DNA of 64,000 nt from assembly GCA_963765675.1 (NCBI GenBank), contig CAVXXK010000006.1, forward strand, positions 320,001 to 384,000, in the 5' to 3' direction. Both the position numbers and the translations under genes were made by a program. The DNA is from an uncultured delta proteobacterium. GTDB lineage: Bacteria; Desulfobacterota; Binatia; Binatales; Binataceae. Under the pieces are notes generated by a model, which saw only the letters and a list, made by a program, of their open reading frames with translations, made no database searches and was not told the origin of the DNA. This document shows positions 17,800 through 29,410 of this stretch, in pieces (the first letter of the stretch is position 1; every line of letters begins with the position of its first letter).

Positions 17800-20701
17800 A
17801 TGAATAGGGAGGGCACGCGCGCGTTTCGCGCATCGAATCCGGTTTGGGCGCGAATTGCGCTAGCAGCGATGGCGCTGGTCACGCTCGGCGCTTCGCCCGC
17901 AGGTACCGGAGGTCCGAGCGGCAAGCTTATCGGCATTTTCTCGGCGATCGTGCTGATGGCGATCGTCGCGTATGCGTTCTCGCTCGGCGTCGGATCGCTG
18001 CGCGGCGACGATGAGGCGGGTCTCGACTCCGCGATTATCGGGCTTGCGGCACTGGCGGTGATAAAGACCGCGATGTTGCCGTTCTTTCCGGGGTTCGGCC
18101 CGGACGTCGGCAGTTACCAGGCGTGGGCGCTGCAGATCTCGAGTCTCGGGCCCGCGCATACCTATCAGCAGGGTTATTTTCTCGATTATCCACCCGGCTA
18201 TCTCTACGCGCTGTGGGTCGCCGGATTGATCGCCGGCCTGATGCACGCGACCGGCGACACGCTGCGCGTGATCGTCGAGAGCCCCGCGATCGTCGCGGAC
18301 TTTTTTCTTGCCTTCACACTGTTTGCGTTCGTTCGCCGCACCTCGCGCCCGTCGATCGCGTACGCCGCGATGCTGATGGTCGCGCTCAATCCCGCGCTGC
18401 TGTTCGACACGGTGGTCTGGGGCCAGAGCGACTCAGTCCTGACCTTCACGATGTGGCTCAGCATAATCGCGATTCTTGACGAGCAGTACGAAGTCGGATG
18501 GGCGATGGCCGCGATCTCGGTACTGGTCAAGCCTCAGGGTCTGATGCTGCTGCCGCCGCTGGCGTGGTGGACGATGCTCGAGACGCCGGTGTGGCGATGG
18601 GTGCGCGTTGGCGTGGTCGGGTTCGCGGTGTTCATCATCGGGATCGCGCCGTTTCAAATCGGCCACCATTGGAACTGGATTCTCGACCTCTACACTTCGA
18701 CCGCGGCGTACTATCACGAGACCTCCGTCAACGCGTTCAATCTAATCGCGCTGCTGGGCGGCCTCCGGCAGCAGGACAGCGGAACAGTCCTGGGAATCTC
18801 GTGGTTTGGATTAGGGATGTCCCTGCTCGCTCCGCTGTATGGGTTCGTCGCGTGGATTCTGTGGCGCAAGCGCAGCGCGCAGACGATGGTGTACGCGGCG
18901 TTCATCACCGTGTTCGGGTTTTTTATGGTCGCGCCGCGGATGCACGAGCGTTATCTCTACCCGGCGCTGGTCTTCTCGATTCCGCTCGCGCTCGAATCGA
19001 CCGAGATGCTGGCGGTGTTCGTGGTTCTCTCGCTCACGACGCTGTTCAATCTCGCGTATGTCCTGCACACCCTGCAGACCGTGGTGTTCCTCGACTCGCG
19101 CGACACGTTGGCGATGGTGGCGTCGGCGGCCAATGTGCTGATTCTTGCGGCCTCGGTCTATTACGGCGCGGTCAAGCTCGACGGCGCGTCGGCGGGCGAA
19201 GGTACGAGCGCGAGAGAGCTTTTCCTGCGCATCTTTCCGCCCCGGCCTGCTGAGACTCGCATCGAGCCGCGCGGCGCACCGCTTAAGTGGATCAATCTCG
19301 ACACGCTGGTCGTCGCGGGTCTGCTCGCGGTCGCTATCGTGACGCGCTTCTGGCATCTGGGGCATCCGAACGAAATAGTTTTCGACGAAGTTCATTTCGT
19401 CGGCCAGGCGCGCAACTACCTGCACGGCGAGCGGTTCCTCGATCCGCATCCTCCGCTGGCGAAGCTCGTGATCGCGCTCGGTATCTGGCTATTCGGAGAT
19501 CATTCATGGAGCTGGCGGGTTGGCAACGCGTGTATCGGAACGATGTTGATCGGCGTGACCTACCTGCTCGGCCGGCGGATGACGCGATCGCGCCTGGCGG
19601 GCGCTCTGGGAGCCGGGGCGGTGTTGCTGGACGGGATGTACCTGGTCGATTCGCGCGTCGCGGTGATCGATATCGTATATCTGACGCTGGCCGCGGTATC
19701 GTACGCTGATTTTTTTTCGTATCGTCGATACGCCGGGAGTCGCCGCGAGGCGCAGGCTGCTCATTGTCCTGGGCGCGGCTCTTGGACTGTGCGTGGGAAG
19801 CAAGCTCATGATTCCGGCGGTCACCTTTCTGCTGGTGATGGGATTCCTGGTCTGGATCCTGGCGACCGAACCCTCGCTCACGCGGCGCGACAAGCGAATC
19901 ACCGGCGCGATTCTGCTCACGGGAGGAGTTGCCTCGATCTTTTATATCGGCACGTTCCTGCCGCATTACTATCTCGGATGGTGGGGGGGAATTCAGGACC
20001 TCTTCCAGTATTACAAAGACATAATCGGCTACGAGAAGAGCGTCTCCACCGCAACGCATCCCTACTCGTCCAAGTGGTGGAGTTGGCCGATGATGCTGCG
20101 GCCGATTGCGTATTGGCAGAATTTTCCCAAGGTCGGCAAAGTTGAGACCATCTGGGGCGGTGGTAATCCGATTCTATGGTGGGGCGCGTTAACCGCGATC
20201 ACGATCACCGCGGTGGATGCGTTCGAGCGTCCACGGCTGGAACGCAGCTTCCTGGTGATTGGCTATCTTGGCTATCTTGTGATCTGGATTCCAATTGGCC
20301 GCACCTTGTTTCTGTATCACTACATGGGTTCGGTCTATCTCGGATACGTCGCACTCGGATGGCTGCTGGCGCAATGCTGGAATGACTATGCCGAGCCGTG
20401 GGTTCATCTGGCGTTGATGTTCACGCTGGTGCCGGCGTTTATCCTGGGGCTCGGATGGGGATGGGGAGCGATCGCGGTGCTCGTGCTGTTCGTGAGTTAC
20501 TTGCTGATCTCCTACAATGTGTTTTCCGGCAAAATCGGATCGTCGTATCCGGGAAAGTATGTATGCGCGGTCTTCTGCGCCACCGCGATTATACTGTTCA
20601 TCTACTATTTTCCGATATGGACCGGAATGCCTATTGATCGAGCGGGTTACTACTCGCGGATGTGGCTACAAGAGGCCGGCACGGTCCGAAACTGGATTTG
20701 A
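17800..20701 (+). CDS. Double GT-C membrane glycosyltransferase: N-terminal GT-C domain fused to a protein O-mannosyltransferase (PMT/GT39-like) domain; +1 frameshift near 19705-19717
   Basis: First domain: DYPPGYLY, WGQSDS, KPQG, SVNAFN, MHERYLYP. PMT domain: FDEVHF, DPHPPLAK, WSWR, and after the frameshift HPYSSKWWSWP, GNPILWW, RTLFLYHY. Removing one base joins ORFs 17791..20145 and 19793..20701. Confidence 0.8.
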
Positions 20702-20706
20702 TCGCG

Positions 20707-21489
20707 ATGACGCCGAGTAGCTATCACCAGGAATCATGCGCCGCGACGCTTCTCGCGGCGCTGGCGATTATACTTTCGATCATCGCGCCGTCACCCGTGC
20801 GCGCGGCCTCCGCAAACCTGCTCGTCAACGGAGATCTTTCGAAAGGCTCGGAACATCAGCCCGACGAATGGCGCACCGAAGCGTGGCTCAACGATCCCGA
20901 TGCGTTCGCCTATGACTGGACGCATCCGGCCGCAGGTGGCCCGGGTGAGCTCAAGGTCACCGCGCTCAAGGCCAACGACGCGCGCTGGATGCAGTCGCTA
21001 TCGCTGCAGCCGGGCTGGTATCACATCACGGCCGAGGTCCGCACCGAGAACGTCGGGACGCAGGCGACGGGTGCCACCGTGTCGATCATGGAGGACGGGA
21101 TTATGTCCGCCGACATCCGGGGAACAACCGGATGGCAGCCGATCGGCCTCTATATGAAAGTCGGCGCGAAGGGCGCCGACGTTCAGGTCGCGTTGCGTGT
21201 GGGAGGTTTCGGCAGCCTGAACACCGGAACCGCATATTTTCGCAATGCGCGGGTCGAGAAGATCGTGGCGCCTCCTGCGGGTGCGGCCCAGGTTTACGAT
21301 CTCGCCGCGATTCGCAAGGCTTCGGAACCGCTGCCTATCGGACAGCCGATCACGCTGGTCGCAGTGTTCGTGATTCTGGGCGTGGTATCGGCCTACGGAT
21401 GGTGGATGTTCGGGGTCGAGGAGCCGATCCGCAAGCCGACGCTGCCGAACCGCGCTGAGCGACGCGCACAGGCACGGCGCGCCCGATGA
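20707..21489 (+). CDS. Exported, C-terminally anchored carbohydrate-binding (CBM4/9-like beta-sandwich) protein
   Basis: Signal peptide ending VRA-A, NLLVNGDLSKG, WMQSLSLQPGWYHITAEVRT, GTAYFRNARV, C-terminal TM helix and basic tail. Confidence 0.65.
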   Translation: MTPSSYHQESCAATLLAALAIILSIIAPSPVRAASANLLVNGDLSKGSEHQPDEWRTEAWLNDPDAFAYDWTHPAAGGPGELKVTALKANDARWMQSLSLQPGWYHITAEVRTENVGTQATGATVSIMEDGIMSADIRGTTGWQPIGLYMKVGAKGADVQVALRVGGFGSLNTGTAYFRNARVEKIVAPPAGAAQVYDLAAIRKASEPLPIGQPITLVAVFVILGVVSAYGWWMFGVEEPIRKPTLPNRAERRAQARRAR

Positions 21490-23461
21490 TTACCGACGCG
21501 CGGCGCACCCGGCGCATCGAGTGGACGCTCTTCTTCCTCCCATTCATCAGTTACGCATATTTCTACCAGGCCGCGGATCAGAGCACGGCCGCGCGCTTCG
21601 ATCTGATGCGCTCGATCCTCGAGCGGCGCTCGCTGTGGATCGACGGCTTCGCGGGCTACAACACCGCCGACATCATCAATTACGCCGGGCATATCTATTC
21701 GGTCAAAGCGCCCGGGACCTCAATCGTCGCGATGCTGCCGTGGGCCGCGATTCGGCTCTGGCTGTGGCCGCTTTTGGCTAATCACGAGGACCTCTACTGG
21801 GCGCTCACGACCTATTTCACGATCGTGCTGACGACCGGGCTCTTGATCTCGATCCTGTGCGTCGTGATGTACCGGTTCGCGCGATTCTTGGGCGCGAGCG
21901 AAGGCCGCAGCGCCGCACTCGCGTTGATCCTCGGATTTGGCACGATCGCATTTCCCTACGCGACCGAGATGACCGGCGAGCCGTTTGCTGCGGCGTTCGC
22001 GTTTATCGCTTTTTATTTGATCGCGACCTTCGCCGAGGATCCAAAATGGCCGCGCGCGTTTCTGGCCGGACTTCTGGCGGGGTTCGCGGTGCTGAATGAT
22101 TATCCCACGCTACTTCTCGCCGCTGCGATCGGGTTTTACATGCTTTACCGCGTGCGGCGCCTCGACGGTATTGTCGCATTCTCGGCCGGCGCGGCGATCG
22201 CTGCGGCGCTGATGTTCGGATACAACTGGGGCGCCTTCGGCAGTCCGCTGTTCTTTAGCTATCAGGCATTCAAGCTGCCGGGGAACACCCAGTTCCCGGA
22301 GCAGGCCAAGGGCTTCGTCGGACTCACATATCCGAAGCTGGACAACCTTTGGAACATCCTGATCGATCCGCAGCGCGGGCTGTTCGTTTGCAATCCGATC
22401 CTGCTGCTCGCGATTCCTGGTATCGGCTACTTCTTTCGCCGCCGCGTCTTTCGCGCCGAATGGATCGTCACGATCATCGCGATCGCCGGGATGATTCTGT
22501 TCAACGCTTCCTACGGCGAGTCGATTGTTTCATGGGGCGGCGGCACCGCCACCGGACCCCGGCAGATCGTGGCTGCCGTGCCATTCATGGTGCTGACCCT
22601 CGTGTTTGTGCCGCGCTCATGGAACTGGCTAATCGGCGCGCTGGCGGTGGTGTCGGTATTCATAATGCTGGCGGCGACCGCGACCAATCCGCACTTTCCC
22701 TACGAGTACCACAATCCGGTGCGTGACTTCGCGATGCAGCAATTCATGCGCGGCGACTTCGCCACCAATCGCGATGCCTATTTTGGCGGCGGGATGATCG
22801 TTGGCGACTCGACCGCCTTCAACCTCGGCAAGCTGGCCGGCCTGCCGGGTCCGTTGCAGCTATGGCCCCTGGCATTTCTATGGATCGGCGGCGCGTTTGA
22901 ACTGACCGACACGCTGCAAATCTTTTCGAGCGGCTCGCGCGCGAGGCTAGGCCGCGCCGCAATCGCGCTCGCGAATCGCGACGGATCTTTCTGTCGTCGA
23001 TGATCGGGCGGATCCGCCAACCCTTCGATTTGATCGCGCAGCACGGGCTTTTGGGGCGCTACTTCGTCGGCCAGGAGGCGGGATTCACGGCGCCGCATCT
23101 AGTTCGGATAGATCCGCAGATCGACTTCGACAGCGTGGCCGAGCTCGGTGCGATGCCGTTTCCGTCGGTCGCGCAATGGACCGGCGAACTCATCGCGCCG
23201 CGAACCGGAGTTTACCGGTTCAGTATCGACGCCGACGACGCCGGATGGCTCTCCATCGATGGCCGCGTCGTGATTCCCGATCCCGGCCAGGTGAATCGCC
23301 CGCACGCGACAGGGCTGGCCTATTTGATCGCGGGGCGGCACCGAATCATGGTTGCCGAGCGCAACTTGGCGGGCGACGCATCGATCCAGCTCTACTGGAG
23401 GGTGCCGGGCAATCAACCCGAACTGGTGCCGTCCGCCGCGCTCATTCCGGAAACTCCGTAG
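21486..23461 (+). CDS. GT-C-like polytopic membrane protein with C-terminal PA14 domain; frameshifted near 22970-22985
   Basis: Many TM helices, YSVKAPG, GPRQIV. Downstream ORF 23000..23461 has PA14 motifs (FSIDADDAGWLSIDG, LYWRVPG...VPSAAL). Deleting two bases gives the in-frame linker AIALAIATIFLSSMIGR. Confidence 0.7.
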
Positions 23462-23476
23462 GCTGGCCGCAACGGC

Positions 23477-24559
23477 TTACCCTTGTTGCGGGAGCAGGCC
23501 TGCGCGCGTGATCTCGCGCCGCTCGCTGCGATCGAGCGCCTCGGCCGCGCGCGATAGCGGAAAGCTTGCGTCGCATAGCTCGCCGTAAGGATAACGATCC
23601 ATGTGCGTCGCCAGGAAATCGAGCGACTTCTTCAGGTAGTGCGGCGGATAGGTCGCAACGCCGATAATCTCGAGCGACTTGAACGTGATCATCGAAGGCG
23701 GAATCGAGACCTTCAGCCCGGCCGAGATATTACCGACCTCGATCACGCGGCCTCCGGCCCGCACCATCTTCATCGCCTCCATGAATGCGTCGGGCACGCC
23801 CGCAACTTCCAGCACCATGTCGGGCCATCCGTGGCAAAGCTCGCGCACGCGTTTGTCGCGCGCCTCGGGGTCGGCATATTCGCGCATATCGATCGTCTCG
23901 TCGGCGCCGAAGCGGCGTGCCTGCCGGAGCCGCAGGTCGAAGCTGTCGATTGCGATCACCCGCGCGCCGCGCGCCTTCGCAATCGCCATCGCATGCAGCC
24001 CCAGTCCGCCCGCGCCCAGGACGACGATCGTCTCGCCATAGGCGAGCCGTCCGCGATCGACGCTCCAGTAGACCTGCGACATCGCGCAATTCGCCGCCGA
24101 GGCAACCGCGTCGGGAACATTGTCGGGCACCTTGTAGAAATGCTGCCCTGGTCTGATGACGTAGTGCGTGGCGAAGGTCGCGGTGAAATGCGGCGGCTCA
24201 TCCGGATGACGCGAGCCCATCACTTTGTTGATGCACGCCGCGTGATTCCCCACCACGCAATTCACGCATCGGTTGCACACCGTGTAATAGACCGGCGCGA
24301 TCCTGTCGCCCTCGCGAATCGGCGCGCCCGCATAATCGGCGGAGACACCCGCGCCCAGCGCATGCACCCGTCCCGACATCTCGTGGCCGGGCATGATCCC
24401 GCGCCGTCCGAATTCGCCCTTCCACATGTGCACTTCGGAGCCGCAGACGTTGGTCTGAGTGACCGACGCGACCAGACCGCCGGCGGGAGGCGTCGGAACC
24501 TCGTATTCATGAAACTCGATCTCGTGACCAGCCGGGATGTAAGCGATTTTGCCTTTCAT
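23477..24559 (-). CDS. Zinc-binding alcohol dehydrogenase (MDR)
   Basis: VCGSE, GHE, C-x2-C-x2-C-x7-C, GAGGLG. Confidence 0.9.
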   Translation of the reverse strand: MKGKIAYIPAGHEIEFHEYEVPTPPAGGLVASVTQTNVCGSEVHMWKGEFGRRGIMPGHEMSGRVHALGAGVSADYAGAPIREGDRIAPVYYTVCNRCVNCVVGNHAACINKVMGSRHPDEPPHFTATFATHYVIRPGQHFYKVPDNVPDAVASAANCAMSQVYWSVDRGRLAYGETIVVLGAGGLGLHAMAIAKARGARVIAIDSFDLRLRQARRFGADETIDMREYADPEARDKRVRELCHGWPDMVLEVAGVPDAFMEAMKMVRAGGRVIEVGNISAGLKVSIPPSMITFKSLEIIGVATYPPHYLKKSLDFLATHMDRYPYGELCDASFPLSRAAEALDRSERREITRAGLLPQQG

Positions 24560-24721
24560 CGGAGACCTCCATCAGGCGAGGAGCAGTAAACACGGTTTCC
24601 CGCCGTCGCGATGATATGTCAAGCCGACGCGAAGCAGGATCAGGAGTCGTAGCAAAAAAAGATATCTCTGCGAACGGAAAACCGTTGTACCCGCCGCTCG
24701 TAGTCCCCCTTCCCGTGGTCG

Positions 24722-25333
24722 TCAGCTTCCCGGCTTCTTCAGGACGTCCGGACCCAAGAGCGTTGGCCGGCTAGGACCGAAAGGCTGCTCGTTGTGAGAA
24801 GCCGCGGCAGCGGGAGCGTTCTTATACACCGGCGGATGCGTGATGCGCGCCTGAGCGAGAACTTGTTGCAGCAGGCGCGACTCCTGTGCCCCGCGCGATA
24901 TGCATTGCTCGTCGCGCACGGGTCGCAGTGGCACGCTGACCGGAGAGTCGAAGGTCGCGTTTATCGCGACCCGGCTCGATTCGTTCGAGACTGCCTTCAC
25001 GTGGAAGTTGTATACGCTGGTCGAGTCAGGCTCGGGCACGGCAGCATAGGTGCCGACCACGCTCTTGATCTCGCCGCAATCCGCATCCTGGAGCGAGAAC
25101 GGGCGTCCCAAAACCTCGATAATTCCGTGATTCGGATCCGTTGCCTGCACGTTGTAGCTGTTCGAGCGGATCACGTCGTTGACCGCCGTCCACGCGAGGT
25201 CATAGGGCAACGGTACGATCGTGCTGGTCTTGTCGTCCGGCGGTGCCTGCGCGGTCGGCGGATAGAAGCATCCAGAGGCGACGAGCGCGAGAATCGCGCC
25301 GAAGAGAATCAGGCGTATTTTATCGAACTCCAT
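24722..25333 (-). CDS. Lipoprotein of unknown function (possible BamC-like helix-grip fold)
   Basis: Lipobox LVASGC, PYDLAWTAVNDVI...DPNHGII; TGCTATGAT extended -10 at 25365-25373. Confidence 0.6.
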   Translation of the reverse strand: MEFDKIRLILFGAILALVASGCFYPPTAQAPPDDKTSTIVPLPYDLAWTAVNDVIRSNSYNVQATDPNHGIIEVLGRPFSLQDADCGEIKSVVGTYAAVPEPDSTSVYNFHVKAVSNESSRVAINATFDSPVSVPLRPVRDEQCISRGAQESRLLQQVLAQARITHPPVYKNAPAAAASHNEQPFGPSRPTLLGPDVLKKPGS

Positions 25334-25527
25334 GACCCGGGCTTTCAACGTATCCGATCGCGGCATCATAGCAGAGGTCGGGCGTCCGCTGTCCAATCTT
25401 TCGCGTGAATTCGCCTGAATCGGAACCGCATTCGCCCACGGCCCTCGCGGATGTTCCCCCTTGTCGCGATCTTTGTGATAATAGTCGCGCTTCGGGCCGC
25501 CACATCTTGGCCGCCCGCATGGAAACA

Positions 25528-26280
25528 ATGTCAGGTCATTCCAAATGGTCATCGATCAAGCATAAGAAGGCGGCGCGCGACGCCAAGCGCGGCAAAGTCT
25601 TCACCAAGCTGATCAAAGAAATCACCATCGCGGCCCGGCTGGGTGGCGGCGATATCAACGCCAATCCTCGCCTGCGCACGGCGGTCCTGACCGCGCGGCA
25701 GCAGTCGATGCCCAACGACAATATCGATCGCGCGATCAAGAAAGGCACCGGCGAGCTCGGCGGCGGCCAGATCGAGGAAGTCACCTACGAAGGCTATGGC
25801 AGCGGCGGCGTCGCGATCATGGTCGAGGTGCTGACCGACAATCGCAATCGCACAGTCGCGGAAATCCGCTTCATGTTTTCGCGGCATGGCGGGAACCTTG
25901 GCGAGGCCGGATGCGTCGGCTGGATGTTCAAAAAGCATGGGATGCTCTCGATCGACAAGGGCGCGATCGATGAAGACAAGCTGCTTGAGCTAGCGCTCGA
26001 AGCCGGCGCCGACGACGTGCAGAGCGACGCCGATTCGTACACCGTGATGACCGCGCCCGACAAGTACGGCGCGGTGCGTGAAGCGATCGAGAAGGCCCAG
26101 ATTCCGATCGCCAACGGCGAGATTGCTCTAGTGCCGGAAAACACGGTGCCGGTTTCCGGGCATACGGCCGAGCAGGTGCTCAAGCTGATCGAGGACCTCG
26201 AAGAGCACGATGACGTGCAGAGCGTCTCGGCCAATTTCGATATCAGCGACGAGGAAATGGCGCAGATTTCCGCGGCGTGA
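25528..26280 (+). CDS. yebC: YebC/PmpR family protein
   Basis: MSGHSKWSSIKHKK, YEGYG, LTDNRNRT, DDVQSVSANF. Confidence 0.96.
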   Translation: MSGHSKWSSIKHKKAARDAKRGKVFTKLIKEITIAARLGGGDINANPRLRTAVLTARQQSMPNDNIDRAIKKGTGELGGGQIEEVTYEGYGSGGVAIMVEVLTDNRNRTVAEIRFMFSRHGGNLGEAGCVGWMFKKHGMLSIDKGAIDEDKLLELALEAGADDVQSDADSYTVMTAPDKYGAVREAIEKAQIPIANGEIALVPENTVPVSGHTAEQVLKLIEDLEEHDDVQSVSANFDISDEEMAQISAA

Positions 26281-26320
26281 TTCCCTTCACAACGCGCGCG
26301 GTGACGCCTGGGGGACGAGG

Positions 26321-26869
26321 ATGCGGGTGCTCGGGGTTGACCCGGGAAGCGCGGTTACAGGCTTCGGGATCGTCGAAGGCGCCCCCGGAAAGTTTCAGTT
26401 TATCGCGGCGGACACCATCCGGACCCGCCCGGGCGAGCCTATGCCCGAGCGTCTGCGCGCTATCCATCACGGACTGCTCAGAGTTATCGACGAATTCGGG
26501 CCCGCTGCGATGAGCCTCGAGCGCAACTTCGTTGCGCGCAATATCCAGAGCGCTTTTCGGATCGGAGAGGTGCGGGCGGTCGCGATGCTCGCGGCGGCCG
26601 AGCGCGGACTTCCACTCTACGAATATCCGCCCAACGAAGTGAAACTCGCGGTCGCGGCGTTCGGCCACGCCGACAAGCTCCAGGTCAAATTCATGGTCCG
26701 GCGTACCCTGGCACTCGACGTGGATTACGAGCTCGCCGACGACGCATCCGACGCTCTCGCGCTTGCGGTATGCCATCTTGGCCGCTCGCGGCCCCCGCGT
26801 ATCACGGACGCGGTCGAACGTCCTGCGCGCGGCGACGCATCGCGCGCAATCAGGAACCGCAAACGATGA
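26321..26869 (+). CDS. ruvC: Holliday junction resolvase RuvC
   Basis: VLGVDPG, SLE, DDASDALALAVCH. Confidence 0.94.
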   Translation: MRVLGVDPGSAVTGFGIVEGAPGKFQFIAADTIRTRPGEPMPERLRAIHHGLLRVIDEFGPAAMSLERNFVARNIQSAFRIGEVRAVAMLAAAERGLPLYEYPPNEVKLAVAAFGHADKLQVKFMVRRTLALDVDYELADDASDALALAVCHLGRSRPPRITDAVERPARGDASRAIRNRKR

Positions 26870-26887
26870 TCGCGAATAGCAAATAAG

Positions 26888-27520
26888 ATGATCGCGTCAA
26901 TCAATGGAACCCTCGCGGTGCGCGACGCCGGCCGTGTGATCGTCGAGACTGCGGGCGTCGGCTATGAGGTCTTCATCCCGCTCAGCACGTTCTATCGGCT
27001 GCCCGCGCTCGGTGAACAGGTGCGGCTGCAGGTCCGGCAGGTCGTCCGCGAAGACGCGCTGATGCTGTATGGATTCGCCGAGCCGCTCGAGAAGCGCGCC
27101 TTCGACCTCCTGATGTCGGTGCAGCACGTCGGTCCAAAGCTGGCGCTCGCGATCCTGTCGGTGCTCGAACCGATCGAGCTGGTCGCCGCGATCGGACGCG
27201 AGGACGTCGAAAAGATCGACGCGGTGCCCGGCGTCGGTCCCAAGGTCGCCGAACGCGTGGTCCGCGAGCTACGCGACAAAATCGGAGATCTGAAGCTCGC
27301 CGATTCCGCCGTCGCCAACGGAACCTCCGGCCCACGAGCGATCAGCAATACGCCGGCGACGCCGATCGACGACGCGGTTTCCGCGCTGATAAATCTCGGC
27401 GTCAAACCGATCGAGGCCAAACGCACGATCGATTCGGTCGTTGCCGCCGACCCCGCCGCCGCGAACGATCTGCAAGTGATGGTGCGCAAGTCGCTGGGCG
27501 CGATCTATGGCGAAAAATAA
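26888..27520 (+). CDS. ruvA: Holliday junction branch migration protein RuvA
   Basis: [38 protein letters not shown]. Confidence 0.95.
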   Translation: MIASINGTLAVRDAGRVIVETAGVGYEVFIPLSTFYRLPALGEQVRLQVRQVVREDALMLYGFAEPLEKRAFDLLMSVQHVGPKLALAILSVLEPIELVAAIGREDVEKIDAVPGVGPKVAERVVRELRDKIGDLKLADSAVANGTSGPRAISNTPATPIDDAVSALINLGVKPIEAKRTIDSVVAADPAAANDLQVMVRKSLGAIYGEK

Positions 27521-28556
27521 GCGCCAGAATCCTCGCGAAGGTATCGACGACGCCGAGCGCGTCGCCTCGCCCGCCGAGCTCGGCGACGACCATCGCCTCG
27601 ACCTTTCGCTGCGCCCGCATTCGCTCGGCGAGTTCGTCGGACAGGAAAAGCTAAAGAGCGTCCTTGGTATGTCGATAACCGCGGCCCGCCAACGCGGCGA
27701 GACTCTCGATCACGTGCTTTTCGCCGGACCGCCCGGACTCGGCAAAACCTCGCTCGCGCACATTATCGCGCGCGAGATGGGCGTTAGCGTTCACGTCACC
27801 TCGGGACCCGCGATCGAGCGCGCCGCGGACCTTGCGGCAATCGTCAACAACCTGGAAGAGGGCGATATCCTGTTCATCGACGAGATTCATCGCCTGCAGC
27901 GTCCGGTCGAAGAACGGCTCTACTCCGCGATGGAAGATTACGAGTTCCATATCGTGGTGGGCGAGGGGATGGGCGCGCGCACGATGAAGCTGGCGGTGAA
28001 TCCATTCACCCTGGTCGGGGCGACCACGCGCTCGGGCCTGCTCAGCTCTCCGCTGCGCGACCGCTTCGGGCAGAATTATCATCTCGAATTCTACAATCAC
28101 ACCGAGTTGACCGAGATCGTTGCGCGCTCGGCCCGGTTGCTGAAAATCGCTATCGACGGCGCCGGCGCGACGGAACTGGCCTCGCGCTCGCGCGGAACGC
28201 CGCGAATCGCCAATCGTCTGCTGCGCCGGGTGCGCGACTTCGCGCAGGTCAACGAAGCCGCTCTCGTCACGCGTGAGGTCGCGCTCGGAGCGCTCGAGAT
28301 GCTGGATATCGACGGGGCGGGGTTCGACAAGATGGACCGCGCGATCCTCGAAGCTGTCATCGACAAATTCGGCGGCGGACCGGTCGGCGTCGAAACCCTC
28401 GCCGCAGCTATCGGCGAAGAGCCCGACACGATCGAAGAAGTGTACGAGCCCTATCTCCTGCAGGAGGGCTTTCTGATGCGCACGCCGCGCGGCCGCGCCG
28501 CCACTGATCGAGCATTCAAGCACCTGGGCCGCAAGCGCGCAGGCACCATGTTTTAG
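27507..28556 (+). CDS. ruvB: Holliday junction helicase RuvB
   Basis: [35 protein letters not shown]. Confidence 0.97.
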   Translation: MAKNKRQNPREGIDDAERVASPAELGDDHRLDLSLRPHSLGEFVGQEKLKSVLGMSITAARQRGETLDHVLFAGPPGLGKTSLAHIIAREMGVSVHVTSGPAIERAADLAAIVNNLEEGDILFIDEIHRLQRPVEERLYSAMEDYEFHIVVGEGMGARTMKLAVNPFTLVGATTRSGLLSSPLRDRFGQNYHLEFYNHTELTEIVARSARLLKIAIDGAGATELASRSRGTPRIANRLLRRVRDFAQVNEAALVTREVALGALEMLDIDGAGFDKMDRAILEAVIDKFGGGPVGVETLAAAIGEEPDTIEEVYEPYLLQEGFLMRTPRGRAATDRAFKHLGRKRAGTMF

Positions 28557-28570
28557 CGACGGGAACTCAT

Positions 28571-29281
28571 ATGGCTAAGATCATAGTCTTGCAGCATCAT
28601 CCGGCCGAAAATCTCGGCGCGATCGCGGGCGCGCTCGAAAGCGCCGCGCTCGCCTGGCAGTACGTGCGAATCCATGACGGTCATCCGGTCCCGAAAGACA
28701 TGAAGGGCGCAGGCGGGCTGATCGTTATGGGCGGCCCGATGTCCGTGTATCAGACCGACCGGTATCCGTTTCTACTCCACGAAATGAAGCTGATCGAAGA
28801 CGCGATCAAGCAGGGGCGTCCGGTTCTCGGCATCTGCCTCGGCGCGCAGATCGTGGCGGCGGCGCTGGGTGCGAAGGTCGCGAAGAATCCGGCAGGAAAA
28901 GAAATCGGATGGTTCCCCGTCCGGCTGTCGGCGGCGGCGCGCGAGGGTCCATTGTTTCACGGTGTCGCGGAAACCTTCACGCCGTTTCATTGGCATGGCG
29001 ATCACTTCGAGCCTCCAAACAGCGCGATCTCGCTCGCATCGTCGGAGAAAACGCCATGCCAGGCGTTCCGCTACGGCGAAAAAACCTGGGCGCTCCAATT
29101 TCATCTGGAAGTGACGCGGGACGGAATCGAGAACATGTCCAACGCTTTTGCCCGCGAACTCGAGCGGGAGAAAATCCAGCCGAACGCGATGCTGGCACAA
29201 TCGGACCAGCACCTGTCGGCCCTCGAAACGATCGGCGACACAATCTTCACCCGCTGGGCCGCCCCAATTCAAGGCACTTAG
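28571..29281 (+). CDS. Type 1 glutamine amidotransferase
   Basis: MGGPMSV, LGICLGAQ, WHGD, QFHLE. Confidence 0.9.
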   Translation: MAKIIVLQHHPAENLGAIAGALESAALAWQYVRIHDGHPVPKDMKGAGGLIVMGGPMSVYQTDRYPFLLHEMKLIEDAIKQGRPVLGICLGAQIVAAALGAKVAKNPAGKEIGWFPVRLSAAAREGPLFHGVAETFTPFHWHGDHFEPPNSAISLASSEKTPCQAFRYGEKTWALQFHLEVTRDGIENMSNAFARELEREKIQPNAMLAQSDQHLSALETIGDTIFTRWAAPIQGT

Positions 29282-29302
29282 CGCGCCGCCGCTTCTGTCA
29301 AA

Positions 29303-29387
29303 TTCCCTCTCCTCCGGGAGAGGGCAAGCGGCGGCGATTGCTTCTTTCAGCAATCGCCGTGACGCGCGGGTGAGGGCGGCCTTGCTC
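29303..29387 (-). repeat. REP-like unit, family A
   Basis: Reverse complement of the units at 6522 and 32707 (CCCTCTCC..GGGAGAGGG; GGCGATTGC..GCAATCGCC; GGTGAGGGCGGCCTTGCTC); lies between convergent genes. Confidence 0.8.
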
Positions 29388-29410
29388 GATAGCGGATCGT
29401 TTCGACCTCT

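Noticed and set aside
23000-23461. PA14 ORF as an independent gene (ATGA overlap with the upstream ORF)
   Set aside because: Possible, but it lacks a signal peptide and removing two duplicated bases restores a continuous TM linker; treated as a probable fusion pending a read check
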